DNA from: Armatimonadota bacterium
GTDB lineage: Bacteria; Armatimonadota; HRBIN16
Direction: 5' to 3'
Assembly (NCBI GenBank): GCA_026003175.1
Contig: BPGT01000003.1
Location: 268,278 to 332,277 of the forward strand
Length of the DNA: 64,000 nt
The notes below the pieces were generated by a model, which saw only the letters and a list, made by a program, of their open reading frames with translations, did not search any database and was not told where the DNA came from. Made by a program: the position numbers and the translations under genes. This document shows positions 40,421 through 50,464 of this stretch, piece by piece. Position 1 is the stretch's first letter; each line of letters opens with the position of its first letter.

Positions 40421-41299
40421 ATGCTGTTTCAACCGTTTACGGACTCACGGGCTTTATTGGGCTATCCTGACGCATTGCGAGAGCGGATGCAGGAAGAGGG
40501 GTACCTCTTTATCTCCGAGCTGATTCCCGAAGCGGAGGCAAACGCGCTCTACGAAGCCATCATGCGTATCTGCCGTGAACAGGGTTGGGCAGATGAGCAA
40601 AATCTTGCGCGGGGTGAGCCTCGCCTGGAAGGACATGAAGGCTGGTGGGAGGTATACGACCGCGTGCAGTGTTTAGAGGAATTTCACGCTCTGGCACACC
40701 ATCCCCATATCCTGCGTGTGATAGGAGCGATTGTGCAGGAGCCGGTATTGGTGCATCCGCGCAATATCGCCCGTATTACCTTCCCTGCCACCGCGCATTA
40801 CACCACCCCACCTCATCAGGATTATCCGCTGATTCAGGGCACGCCCGACACCTACACTGTGTGGATACCGCTGTGCGATTGTCCGATAGATCTGGGCGGG
40901 CTGGCGGTTGTGCCCGGTTCTCACAAGGTAGGGCTATTGCCGGTGCATCGCGCCAGCGGACCGGGCGGACTGAGCGTAGACACCAGCCGCTGGGGTGACA
41001 TGTGGCTGGCGCAGGACATGCGTGCTGGTGATGCGCTGGTATTCCATAGCTATACCGTACATCGCGCCCTGGTGAACGTTAGCCAGCGCAGATTGCGCGT
41101 GTCAGTGGACTATCGCTATCAAGGAGCCTCACAGCCCATTGTGGAAGACTCGTTGCGCCCGCATTACGAGCGGCTCAGCTGGGAGCAGGTATATCGCGGC
41201 TGGAAGCGAACGGATATTCAGTACTACTGGCAAAAGTTCGCATTGAACGTGGTATCTCGCGATTTCAGCATCATGCAGCCGGAGGAGGAGTACCGGTAG
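40421..41299 (+). CDS. PhyH family Fe(II)/2OG-type dioxygenase
   Basis: PHQD, VWIPL, PGSH, GDALVFH, HRAL, RVSVDYRY. Confidence 0.92.
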   Translation: MLFQPFTDSRALLGYPDALRERMQEEGYLFISELIPEAEANALYEAIMRICREQGWADEQNLARGEPRLEGHEGWWEVYDRVQCLEEFHALAHHPHILRVIGAIVQEPVLVHPRNIARITFPATAHYTTPPHQDYPLIQGTPDTYTVWIPLCDCPIDLGGLAVVPGSHKVGLLPVHRASGPGGLSVDTSRWGDMWLAQDMRAGDALVFHSYTVHRALVNVSQRRLRVSVDYRYQGASQPIVEDSLRPHYERLSWEQVYRGWKRTDIQYYWQKFALNVVSRDFSIMQPEEEYR

Positions 41300-41335
41300 A
41301 GGTAAGTTCCCTCACATCAGTCGGAAAGCAGCAAG

Positions 41336-44300
41336 ATGGAAATCTGGATAACCCCTCATACTAGGGGACGCCAGCTGGTGCGCCAGTCGCTGCCATTTCC
41401 TGCAGGATTCCTGCGCGAAGGGCAGTCGCTGCTGGTGTCGGATGCGAAGAACGATATCGCCGCCAGTGTGCGCGTGCTCACGCAACATCCGCGAGACCGC
41501 TCGGCGCGCCGGGCGATGGTGACGTTCGTCTATACTTTTGAAAGCACCGCGCCGGCGCGCTTCCAGTTGACCGCCGCGCCAGAAGAGAGCGACTCCTCGC
41601 TCTCCTTTCCCGTTACCGTGCACGTACGCGGGGAGAGGGTAACCATCGCTTACGAGGATGGTGCCACATTCACCGCACAACTGCTTGCTCCTCAGCGCAG
41701 CACGTCTCAACGGGCGCGTGTGGAGACGATAGAAGAAAACACCCACTTCCTCTGGCTGAGAGTGATACTGCCCGATCCGCAGTGGACGCGCATCATCGAG
41801 GTTCGAGCCGACGTGCTGGGGGGTGTGGCAGTGATCGCCCATCTGCAGCGACATCTGCCCGGAGATGGCTATGCCCCTCCCTTCGGCTGGGAGTTGCGAT
41901 GGCATCAGGCTCCTGCCAATGCTCGCCTGCAACAGGACACGACCTTCACTACCGTCTCTGACACGCCTGTGGAGCACTCGTTGACGGGGGGACAAGGGTG
42001 TGCGTTTCTGGCGGGGGAGTATCGCATCGAGCATCCCGCTGCCCCCTTCACCCGCCGTAGTAAGGTGGAAGCATGGCGCGAAGGCTCCACGCTGGTGTAT
42101 CGCTACTGGCGATGCACTGCCGGTGAAAAAGTACCGATGCAGGAGAGCGCATGGCGTCGCGCGGAGTTCGTGATTTCACCGGCGTCAACCCCATCCCTCA
42201 AGCCCACGCTGCAGTATCCGCAGTCGTTTCGGGTAGACCCGCAGCTGTGGCACGAGCTGTACGGGATAGAACCTCTGCCCAAACTACCACCGGAACTGCA
42301 GGAAGTGCTCCGTTATCATCACGAGGCAATCCTTCGTAGCGTTGCAGCAGGTGACGACTGGGGCAACATCACTGGCTACTCAGACGGCAGTCCTCATGGG
42401 GACGTGTTCGGCATGAACCGTCTCAATCATTGCGCTCCCCTCTTTGAGGAGGCTTATCGTTCTGACGATCCCCGTCTGCTGGAGGCGGCGTTGCTCTGGT
42501 GTCAGAACTTCGCCGACCTCAGCATCTGGTGGGGAGCGAGGGAACACGGCGGCACTCGTTACAACAACGTGGTCGCTCAAGGAGGGACACCTCCTCAGGG
42601 CGACCGCCCTTTTATGTGGCGTTCCAACGACGCGGTGAGTTTCTGCACCAAAGGCTTCGATGCCTTCTACCTCGCTTATGAAGAGACAGGCGACCCGCGC
42701 ATGAAAGAGGCGTTGGAAGCGCAGGTATCTTACGCAAGCCAGTGGGTGCATGCCCATCAGGGAGAATGCCGCAACGTGGGCGTTGTACGCGATTTCGTGC
42801 ACCTCTATGAACTCACCGCCGAGCGCAGGTATCTACACGAGGCATTGCGTCTCTTCCGCGAACTGCGCACCAGACTGTGGGAGAACAACCTGTTTGACCA
42901 GGGCGGTAAGCCCCCTTCCCCGCACCTGCCCTTCTTTGACGACGACGCTACCGGTTTGCGGTACGGTTACGCAAAGCCGTATATCATCGGTTACGCGCTT
43001 GCGGGGTTGCCTGCTCTGCTGCGTTACGCCCGCACAGAGCCGCGGCTCAGAGAGGTGGTAAAAGCGGTGTCGGATTTTCTGGCGGAAAGCCAGGACCCCC
43101 TCGGCGGGTGGCGATATCCTCACCCCCGTTCCAGTACGCTGATACTCTCGCAAGCAATGGAGCACGCGTGGCAGATAGTGCAGGCGGACAGGGCGATCGG
43201 CGCGACTCAGAGCCATCTGGACACCGTAGAGCGCGTGCTTCGCCAGCGAATCTACGTGTTGCGCGAGAAAGGCAGCCTGCTCAGCGCGGTGCGAGGTTGG
43301 GAGTGGGAAACGGGCACTGTCAAGAGCCAGGGGGATATCAACACGCTTTACCGTCGCTTCGAAGAGCGCGACTTTATCCGCGACTACGAGCAGGGACAGG
43401 TGCAACTGGGTACCTCTCCGCCCGAAGGGCTGGTGTACTTCACAGAGGTACTGGCGTTTTATCTGAAGCATCGCCCACTATCGCGCCTGCTCTCCCCTCT
43501 GTTGGAGAATGAGCCGCTGGCAAAAGTGCTGCGTCGTGTTTCGCAACGAGAAACCCTTGAGTCCCGTCATATAATAAACCGCCAGGAGGCACCCGCCATG
43601 CTGGTCACCGCCAACAATCCGAACCCCAAAGCCTTTCCCATACTGGCGGTGTGGGAAGATGAAGAGCTGAGCCCGGGCAGGAAACTCACGATGGTCGCAG
43701 CAACCTTCCCCAATGTGCCCGGCTTCACCTGCGATTCATGGTGCTACGAAAGCGATGTAGACTTCGTGGACGCCCGCCCCTTGTCCAGAGGCAGGCTTCA
43801 ACTGCGCCATCGCTGGCGAGCGCACCCACAGGTATTGCTGATAACCGTCGTCACGCCAGAGCCGGGTGCGGTGGAGTTTCTTGCTCACCTGGAACTGGCG
43901 GACAAGCGAGCGGAAATACCTTCCCAGATGCCTTTTGTCAACCTGTGCTGGCAGGTGCGTCGCGCCCCCGCGTTCGCCAGCAAGCCAGACCCCTATCCCG
44001 AGTTCGTCAAGCGATGCTTTATCTTTACCGCAAAAGGCAGAACATTCTTGCACGAGGCGGAGCGACGCAAAATCCCCGTGCGCTCAGCCGATGACCCGTA
44101 CAACAATCCGCCCTGGGTGCAGATGTACGCGGCAGCATGGATACCATTACCAAAAGCGTCTCCGGACTCCTGGGCGGATTATAGCCCAGCCCAATATACG
44201 ACACCGGTTATCGGGGTAGTGTCGCGCGATGGCAGGTATCTCGCTGCGCTGGCGAACGACTCGGCGACCGTGATGGCGCAGGCGTGGCACGACTGTCTGC

Positions 44301-44464
44301 ACAACAACCCGCAGTGGGCGCCTGCCAATGCACCGCCGCTGAAACGCCGATGGAGACTGAAGGCGTACGCACTACCGAACGATCCGAACGCTTTGCTCAA
44401 GCGGGTGGGTAAAGATTTTCCAGACGCCTTGCGTTACCTTCCCGTCCAAAGCAAGCCCGAATGA
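41336..44464 (+). CDS. Large hypothetical protein with probable helical-barrel region; possible internal second start at 43598
   Basis: 1042 aa. Repeated AYEETGDPR / LYELTAERRYL / SQDPLGGW motifs typical of (alpha/alpha) toroids. Confidence 0.75.
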   Translation: MEIWITPHTRGRQLVRQSLPFPAGFLREGQSLLVSDAKNDIAASVRVLTQHPRDRSARRAMVTFVYTFESTAPARFQLTAAPEESDSSLSFPVTVHVRGERVTIAYEDGATFTAQLLAPQRSTSQRARVETIEENTHFLWLRVILPDPQWTRIIEVRADVLGGVAVIAHLQRHLPGDGYAPPFGWELRWHQAPANARLQQDTTFTTVSDTPVEHSLTGGQGCAFLAGEYRIEHPAAPFTRRSKVEAWREGSTLVYRYWRCTAGEKVPMQESAWRRAEFVISPASTPSLKPTLQYPQSFRVDPQLWHELYGIEPLPKLPPELQEVLRYHHEAILRSVAAGDDWGNITGYSDGSPHGDVFGMNRLNHCAPLFEEAYRSDDPRLLEAALLWCQNFADLSIWWGAREHGGTRYNNVVAQGGTPPQGDRPFMWRSNDAVSFCTKGFDAFYLAYEETGDPRMKEALEAQVSYASQWVHAHQGECRNVGVVRDFVHLYELTAERRYLHEALRLFRELRTRLWENNLFDQGGKPPSPHLPFFDDDATGLRYGYAKPYIIGYALAGLPALLRYARTEPRLREVVKAVSDFLAESQDPLGGWRYPHPRSSTLILSQAMEHAWQIVQADRAIGATQSHLDTVERVLRQRIYVLREKGSLLSAVRGWEWETGTVKSQGDINTLYRRFEERDFIRDYEQGQVQLGTSPPEGLVYFTEVLAFYLKHRPLSRLLSPLLENEPLAKVLRRVSQRETLESRHIINRQEAPAMLVTANNPNPKAFPILAVWEDEELSPGRKLTMVAATFPNVPGFTCDSWCYESDVDFVDARPLSRGRLQLRHRWRAHPQVLLITVVTPEPGAVEFLAHLELADKRAEIPSQMPFVNLCWQVRRAPAFASKPDPYPEFVKRCFIFTAKGRTFLHEAERRKIPVRSADDPYNNPPWVQMYAAAWIPLPKASPDSWADYSPAQYTTPVIGVVSRDGRYLAALANDSATVMAQAWHDCLHNNPQWAPANAPPLKRRWRLKAYALPNDPNALLKRVGKDFPDALRYLPVQSKPE

Positions 44465-44485
44465 ATCTTCAGAGAGGTGAACGCA

Positions 44486-45397
44486 ATGCAAGCGACAAAC
44501 CGTATCGCTATCACCGATGAGGAACGCGACTTCTTCCTGCAGAATGGCTTCCTCGTCCTGCGTAATGTGCTTGAAGGAGAGGAATTGCGCCATGTTCAGC
44601 AGGCAATGGACGACCTGACCGCGTATGGCTCCGCTGAGGTACGCGACGACCCCGACTACATGTACGGAACAGGGCCCCAATCGGGCAAACCTGTCCTTCG
44701 GCGCATCGAGTATGTTATCGACAAGCGCGACGAGATGAAAGTGCTTCTGGGGCATCCTTTCATCCTGCGCTCTGTGGAGAAGCTGATGGGCACAGACCTC
44801 ATCCCCACGTGGGACTCGATGGTGCTGAAGATGCCCGGCGAGGGAATCATCGTTCCCTGGCATCGTGACGCCGGCACCGAGTTTGTCGGTGATACCCCTA
44901 TCTTCAACGTGGACTTCTACCTGGACGAAGCAGACGAAGATACCTGCTTATGGGTTCTGCCGGGCAGCCATCTTTGGGATGCGGAGCGGGTACAGCAGTG
45001 GCTCGCTGACCACAAAGAGCGTGACACCACCAAAGCGGATTTTAAGGCATCCGGTGCGGTGCCAGTCTTCATGCAACCGGGAGATGTGCTGTTCCACAAT
45101 ATTCTGGTATTGCACGGCTCGCCGTACAACCTGTCGGACAAAATCCGCCGTGTGGTATACTATGAGTTCCGTGCCGCACATGTGGAGCACGAGCTGGGTC
45201 CCCACGTGCCCGAATACATCCCGCTGAAGCAGCGCGTGTTGCTCCACTGTATCGAGAAACGCAGGCAGGCGCAGTACATTCCGGAGGACGAAGTACCTTA
45301 TGAGTATAACCCCCCGGAGCCGTTTACGGTAGAATGGCAGCCGGGTACGGATTTGCCCACATACCGCTATCCCCATGAGCAATACTGGAGGAGTTAA
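44486..45397 (+). CDS. PhyH family dioxygenase
   Basis: PWHRD, LPGSH, GDVLFH, HGS, RRVVYYEF. Start 44477 or 44486. Confidence 0.92.
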   Translation: MQATNRIAITDEERDFFLQNGFLVLRNVLEGEELRHVQQAMDDLTAYGSAEVRDDPDYMYGTGPQSGKPVLRRIEYVIDKRDEMKVLLGHPFILRSVEKLMGTDLIPTWDSMVLKMPGEGIIVPWHRDAGTEFVGDTPIFNVDFYLDEADEDTCLWVLPGSHLWDAERVQQWLADHKERDTTKADFKASGAVPVFMQPGDVLFHNILVLHGSPYNLSDKIRRVVYYEFRAAHVEHELGPHVPEYIPLKQRVLLHCIEKRRQAQYIPEDEVPYEYNPPEPFTVEWQPGTDLPTYRYPHEQYWRS

Positions 45398-45403
45398 AAA
45401 CTG

Positions 45404-45865
45404 ATGGGAGGTCAACAGTTGCAATTCACCGCTCAAATCGTTCGGCAAGGGAGCAGGACGTTTCTCGTTCTGCCAGAGGAGGTAGTAGCAAGATGGGGCA
45501 AGAAACCCCACCACTACGTGGCAGGAACCATCCACAATCGTTCCATACGTGGGCGCACCGAGATCCAAGCGGCACAGTATATCCTGCCTCTGGGTCCAAC
45601 ATGGCTTCAGGATAACGACATCCAGGCAGGAATGATTGTGGAGTGCGTGCTCTCCCTGGAAAGTCCGGTATTCGAAGAGCTCGCCCGCGACATCGCAAGC
45701 GCGCTTGAGGCAGAGCCGCAAGCAAAGGCGTTTTTCGAGGAGATAGCGCCGTTCTACCGCAAAAACTACCTGCGGTGGATAGAAGAAGCCAAACGCCCTG
45801 AAACGCGCGCCAGGCGTATCGCCGAGGTGGTGCAGCTGCTGAAAGAGGGGCGCAGGCAGAGGTAG
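45404..45865 (+). CDS. DUF1905 + YdeI/OmpD-associated protein
   Basis: C-terminal YLRWIEEAKRPETRARRI motif. Confidence 0.85.
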   Translation: MGGQQLQFTAQIVRQGSRTFLVLPEEVVARWGKKPHHYVAGTIHNRSIRGRTEIQAAQYILPLGPTWLQDNDIQAGMIVECVLSLESPVFEELARDIASALEAEPQAKAFFEEIAPFYRKNYLRWIEEAKRPETRARRIAEVVQLLKEGRRQR

Positions 45866-45870
45866 TTTTT

Positions 45871-46185
45871 TTACCTCTGCTTCCTGTCCCTCTGCCATAA
45901 ATGATAGGCTACCAGAGCCTGGAACAGGGTAAACAGTACCAGCATGATGCTATTGAGAACGTACAGCGAGATGAAGAAACCCGTGAGGCGACGGATAAGC
46001 ACAATCAGCACCAGCCCGAACAGCAGATTGGCGATGTACACCAGCATCCAGCAGCCGATAAACTCCAGCGCCCCCTGTATCGCTTGCGCAATGTCTTCGC
46101 GCTGGATACGCCATACCTGCCTGGCGTAAAGGTAACCGGCGAAGGAGCTCAACAGTATCAGCAGGGGGACGTACAGTTTATCCAT
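45871..46185 (-). CDS. Small membrane protein
   Basis: Three hydrophobic helices, RBS GGGGGAG before ATG 46185. Confidence 0.7.
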   Translation of the reverse strand: MDKLYVPLLILLSSFAGYLYARQVWRIQREDIAQAIQGALEFIGCWMLVYIANLLFGLVLIVLIRRLTGFFISLYVLNSIMLVLFTLFQALVAYHLWQRDRKQR

Positions 46186-46186
46186 C

Positions 46187-46864
46187 TCACTCCCCCGCGC
46201 GGTAGAGCCATCGTGCCAACGCTTCACGCAGTGTGTAGTGCATCAGTTCCAATCGCCCCTCTGTGCCTTCGGTATCGACTGGTAAGTCGTCCGCGGTGAC
46301 AGGGAACACTTTCAGACCGTATCGTTCGAAACGCGGCACCGCACGAGGCAGGTGAAGCGAGGTGCTCACCAGCAGGATGCTTTTTGCCCCTCTCTGGCGC
46401 AGGTTCTTCGCGATGTTTTCTGCCTCCTCAGCAGTAGTCTGAGCGTGCGTTTCCATTAAGATAGCCTTTTCGGGCACCCGCAGCTGGCGGGCGAGCGCAG
46501 CGCGTACTTCCGCCTCTACCGGAGACCCCTCGTACGACGTGCCCGAGAAGACGATAAGCGGCGCAAGCCCGCGGTGATACAGCACGATACCCTGTATGGC
46601 TCGACGCATGGACGATTCGCTTAGTGTACCATCTCGATATACACTGGCTCCCAGTACCACAATCGCATCAGCAGGCTGTATTTGGGAAGAGATGGCCAGA
46701 GCGCGTGCGAGCATATTGGGTAAGGGCGTATACACGCTGAGCAGTACCCCCAGCACGCCCAGCAAGCCGAGCAGACGCAGCAACTTTTGCAGGCGGGTGT
46801 TTCGAGTCATCAGTGTGAACCCTTGTTCCACGCCGGTGCAAGAGTTTCCTGCTACGGTAGCCAT
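46187..46864 (-). CDS. YdcF/DUF218 family protein
   Basis: ADAIVVLGA, IVFSG, TTAEEA, LVSTSLHLPRA. Confidence 0.9.
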   Translation of the reverse strand: MATVAGNSCTGVEQGFTLMTRNTRLQKLLRLLGLLGVLGVLLSVYTPLPNMLARALAISSQIQPADAIVVLGASVYRDGTLSESSMRRAIQGIVLYHRGLAPLIVFSGTSYEGSPVEAEVRAALARQLRVPEKAILMETHAQTTAEEAENIAKNLRQRGAKSILLVSTSLHLPRAVPRFERYGLKVFPVTADDLPVDTEGTEGRLELMHYTLREALARWLYRAGE

Positions 46865-47565
46865 ATCGTGCCTGTGCCCTCCTCACCCAGTACTTCACCG
46901 CCGTACATCCATGCTCTCGCTGCCAGCCACGCGCAGAAGAGCGCGTCCACTCTATCTTCAAACTGCTTCCACTCGGAGTTGGTGTCGGCAATCACACTCA
47001 GCCAGTTTGGTAAACACAACTTCGGGTTTGAGAGGCGGCCGAGCAGCTCAATATACTGCCGCATCTGCTCGCGACGGTATGTGAGGCTCCTGCCCGGTCG
47101 CGCCTTGTATTCCACAATGCGGGGCAAACCGAATAGCTTTACCATCGCCGCATGAGGGTGTACTTCGAAGGCAACACGACAGGGTTCCCGTTGCGGAGGG
47201 GCAGGCATCACCTGCACGTGCAGGCGTTCAGCCAGCAGAGTGCAGAGCCGCTCGCCGCGAGGAGGGTCACCCAGTAGTCGCCGGTTCGCCGGGTGGCAAG
47301 CTGCATGGAAACGGGCAAACCGCCTGCGCATTTCAACCTCCACCGGACGCTCTCCGCTAAGGTTAGGAACCACTAGAGGTGCATCAATGGCGATAACCAG
47401 CGTACCGCCGTCATCCTGCTCAGCGATCGCCTGGCAAATCTGCTCGTCGGTAACCAACAGCTGCGCAGGCGTGACCTCGTGCAAGGCTTCTGCCTGCCAG
47501 TGCAGTATCGCCAGCCCGGAGGGTTTCCGGTTGCCCCAGGCAAGATCTATTCCGACAAACATCAT
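46852..47565 (-). CDS. DUF429 family protein (predicted RNase H-fold nuclease)
   Basis: FVGIDLAWG, IAIDAPL, FEVHPHAA, EDRVDA. Confidence 0.88.
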   Translation of the reverse strand: MMFVGIDLAWGNRKPSGLAILHWQAEALHEVTPAQLLVTDEQICQAIAEQDDGGTLVIAIDAPLVVPNLSGERPVEVEMRRRFARFHAACHPANRRLLGDPPRGERLCTLLAERLHVQVMPAPPQREPCRVAFEVHPHAAMVKLFGLPRIVEYKARPGRSLTYRREQMRQYIELLGRLSNPKLCLPNWLSVIADTNSEWKQFEDRVDALFCAWLAARAWMYGGEVLGEEGTGTIWLP

Positions 47566-48791
47566 CTACGCTCTCTAATATACCGAATCACCACTGTGCC
47601 GATTGCCCAGTACACCATTGCCAGCACCATCAGCGCACGATAGCCCGCCCCCATCTGCACCTGCTTATTGATGGCGTATGCAATCGGTCCGGCGATTAAA
47701 GGAGCAATCACCTGCGGCAGGGTGTCCGCAATGCCCCACACACCCATGTACTTCGCCGGAGCCTCCTCTGACAGCAGGTTGCACGCTAACGCCCAGTCCA
47801 CCGCCTGAAACACGCCGAATCCTGCTCCGAAGATGCCTACCGCGATGTAAACCACTCGTAGGTCGGTGGCAAAGAGAAAACCTATGCCCGCCACCAAGCA
47901 GATGAGGCAGGAGAGAGCCAGTATCAGCCGTTTGCTGTAGCGGTCGGCGAGCTTGCCTGCGGGAATCGTGCCTAAAATGCCGGTGACGGTGGAGAGTATC
48001 ATGAGATTGGTGATAAGCTGGAACGCCTCCTCGCGATAGCCTAATGTATCGCGCAGGTAGTATAGCAGGCAGAAGTTGACCGTATAAATACCCATCATGA
48101 TGGCGAGACGGCTTACCAGCAGCCACACAAAGCTCGGGTAGGGTTTCAGCGGCACACGGTAGCTGGAAGTTATCGCCTCCCACAGGGTGGGCGCGTTGCC
48201 GGTGTAAGGCTCTTCGCGGATGAGCCACACGTTCAGCAGCATGAAAGCGTTGAGGAAGAGAGCAAACAGCACCATCAGCCAGAATAACCCACGCTCCGAG
48301 CCCAGCAACAGACTGGCGGCGAAGGGACCGCCGATGCGTCCTAACAGGGTGCAGATGCCCATCCACGCCGAAGCGGTTCCGTGATACTGCCAGGGGATGC
48401 GGTCGGGAATCAGAGCCTGGTAGGGTCCGTTAGCCACGTTCAGAAAGAACTGGATAATGATGTAAACACCCATGAGCGTCCATGCGGTGCGTGCAGCGGG
48501 GAAAGCAAACAGCGCGATGGTCGTGAGCACGGTACCCACAATCAGGTAAGGACGTCTGCGCCCCATGCGGTGGCGGCTACGGTCGCTGATTGCGCCGAAC
48601 AGGATTTGCGTGGCAGAAGCTACGAACGCGCCGATGCTGGTTACTATCGCCAACACGCGGTCCTTTTCCTGTGAGCCAACCAGCTGCTCCACACGGTCGG
48701 GTAGAACCAATATCAGCACCGCGCCCCAGAAAAAGGAGAGCGCAAACCAGAAGAGGCTGATACCTAAATAGTCACGCAGGGTGGGTTTCAT
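47562..48791 (-). CDS. MFS transporter
   Basis: GAISDRSRHRMGRRRPY and GKLADRYSKR loop motifs, about 12 TMs. Start 48791 is most plausible. Confidence 0.92.
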   Translation of the reverse strand: MKPTLRDYLGISLFWFALSFFWGAVLILVLPDRVEQLVGSQEKDRVLAIVTSIGAFVASATQILFGAISDRSRHRMGRRRPYLIVGTVLTTIALFAFPAARTAWTLMGVYIIIQFFLNVANGPYQALIPDRIPWQYHGTASAWMGICTLLGRIGGPFAASLLLGSERGLFWLMVLFALFLNAFMLLNVWLIREEPYTGNAPTLWEAITSSYRVPLKPYPSFVWLLVSRLAIMMGIYTVNFCLLYYLRDTLGYREEAFQLITNLMILSTVTGILGTIPAGKLADRYSKRLILALSCLICLVAGIGFLFATDLRVVYIAVGIFGAGFGVFQAVDWALACNLLSEEAPAKYMGVWGIADTLPQVIAPLIAGPIAYAINKQVQMGAGYRALMVLAMVYWAIGTVVIRYIRERR

Positions 48792-48994
48792 TGCCCTATG
48801 CAATTCGGTGTAAGAGGGCAACATTCCTTGCTGCTTCAGATGCATCGCATCCAACGGGCCGCCACGAGGGTTGCCCCTATGTTCGGGGACACTGCGAAGC
48901 ATGCGGCTGAAGCAGTCTCCTGCGGTGATTGGGTGTTTGCCAAAAAGCAATCCTGCAAAATCTTCCTGCTGTTTTACATATCAGCGTTTACCCT

Positions 48995-49180
48995 GAGGGT
49001 GTTCGAAATTGCTGGTTGAATGGATAGATAACCTAACCCCCTTGCCCCCTTCCCTGCAAGGGAAGGGGGAACGCCCCTCTCCTCGTAGGAGAGGGGACGG
49101 GGGTGAGGTAAGGCAGGGATAGCAAGAACGCCTCTCTCCTTGCGCTACAACCAACTTCTCAACAATTCTCGAACACCCTC
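48995..49180 (-). mobile_element. MITE copy 2 (186 bp, inverted, 9-bp TSD GTTTACCCT)
   Basis: GAGGGTGTTCGAAA ... TCTCGAACACCCTC. Direct repeat at 48986-48994 and 49181-49189. Confidence 0.95.
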
Positions 49181-49188
49181 GTTTACCC

Positions 49189-49238
49189 TTGACATATCTG
49201 GCGGGTTGATATAGAATGAATGTGAATGTTATAGAACA
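49189..49238 (+). promoter_or_regulatory. Sigma70-type promoter with GntR-type operator
   Basis: TTGACA (49189-49194)-N17-TAGAAT (49212-49217). Palindrome TGTTATAGAACA at 49227-49238. Confidence 0.75.
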
Positions 49239-49245
49239 AATCGTG

Positions 49246-50341
49246 ATGACGACGATGCCTGTATCCGAACCGCGCTACCGGCGTATCCAGAAGCATATCG
49301 AACAGCTCATCGCCCAGCGCAGGGTGTGTGAAGGTGAGCGCATCCCCAGCGAGCGCGAAATCGCCCGCCAGTTCGGCGTGAGCCAGATGACGGTGAACCG
49401 TGCCATTCAGGAGCTGGTGCGGGAAGGGGTGCTGGTGCGCCGAGTGGGTTCGGGCACGTACGTGCGACGCAGGCAGCCTTCTGTCCGCGAATCAACCCGC
49501 GCCACCGTGGTGATGGTACCCGCCCTTCGCCGACCACCTGGAAGAGGATACTTACCTGCGCTGGCCCTTCCACGCGTTCCGCGATAGAGCTATCAAGGAC
49601 GACTACGCGCTGGTGGTGGAACCTGCCTCCCACGAAGGCTACGAAGAGGTCGTGCAGCGCCACCCGGCTGCTGGGTTCATCTTCCTGATACCCGACGAGG
49701 AGGGTTACGATACTCTGCATCGCCTGTTTGTAAGGGGTGTTCCGTTCGTGGTGCTTGGAGCATCGTGGAAGGGTGCGCCCTTCGCCTGCGTGGATAGCGA
49801 CAATATCGGCGGCGCACGCATGGCGATGACATACCTGTTGCGGCTGGGACACAAACGCATTGCCTACGTGAACGGCAAAGATTCCGCTACCAACTGCCGC
49901 GACAGGCTACAGGGCTACCTGCAGGCGATGGAGGAACAGCGAATCCAGGTACAAGATGAGTGGATAGTGCGTCCGCACTCCAACTGGAAATTGAGCGAGG
50001 AGGCAAGGCGCCAGCTGACATCTTTGCTGCTACGTCGGGATGCGGTAACCGCGCTTTTCTGCGCGGGATACTACCTTACGCTGGATGTGCTGGGCTTAAT
50101 ACGCACCCTGCGCCTGCGCGTGCCTGAGGATGTGAGCATTATCAGTTTCGACGACCCCTCTTCAGCGGCGCACTTGCAGCCACCTCTTACTGTCGTGCGG
50201 CAACCGCTTTACACCATGGGCGAACGGGCGGTAGGCAGGCTGCTGAATCTGATACGCGCGCCGGCGAACGAGCCGGGCGGCGTGGAGTACTTGCCGGTGG
50301 AACTGGTCGTACGCAACTCGTGCGAACGCCTGCTGGAGTAA
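49246..50341 (+). CDS. GntR-HTH / LacI-sensor hybrid regulator (AraR-like), +1 frameshift at about 49520
   Basis: IPSEREIARQFGVSQMTVNRAI...RRVGSGTYV, then VDSDNIGGA, PPLTVVRQP. The two ORFs join with a single-base removal. Confidence 0.88.
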
Positions 50342-50383
50342 CGTTTCCCTGTGTGTGGCGGGGAAGGCGTCTTTACAGTGAAG

Positions 50384-50395
50384 TGTTACATAACA
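50384..50395. promoter_or_regulatory. Putative GntR-type operator upstream of the DUF1559 gene
   Basis: TGTTACATAACA, same TGTTA-N3-AACA pattern as 49227-49238. Confidence 0.6.
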
Positions 50396-50464
50396 AACAG
50401 GCGTTCTGCACGATTGCTATAACACTGCAAGAAACAACAGACAAACATGAGGGAGGTTCCAATC

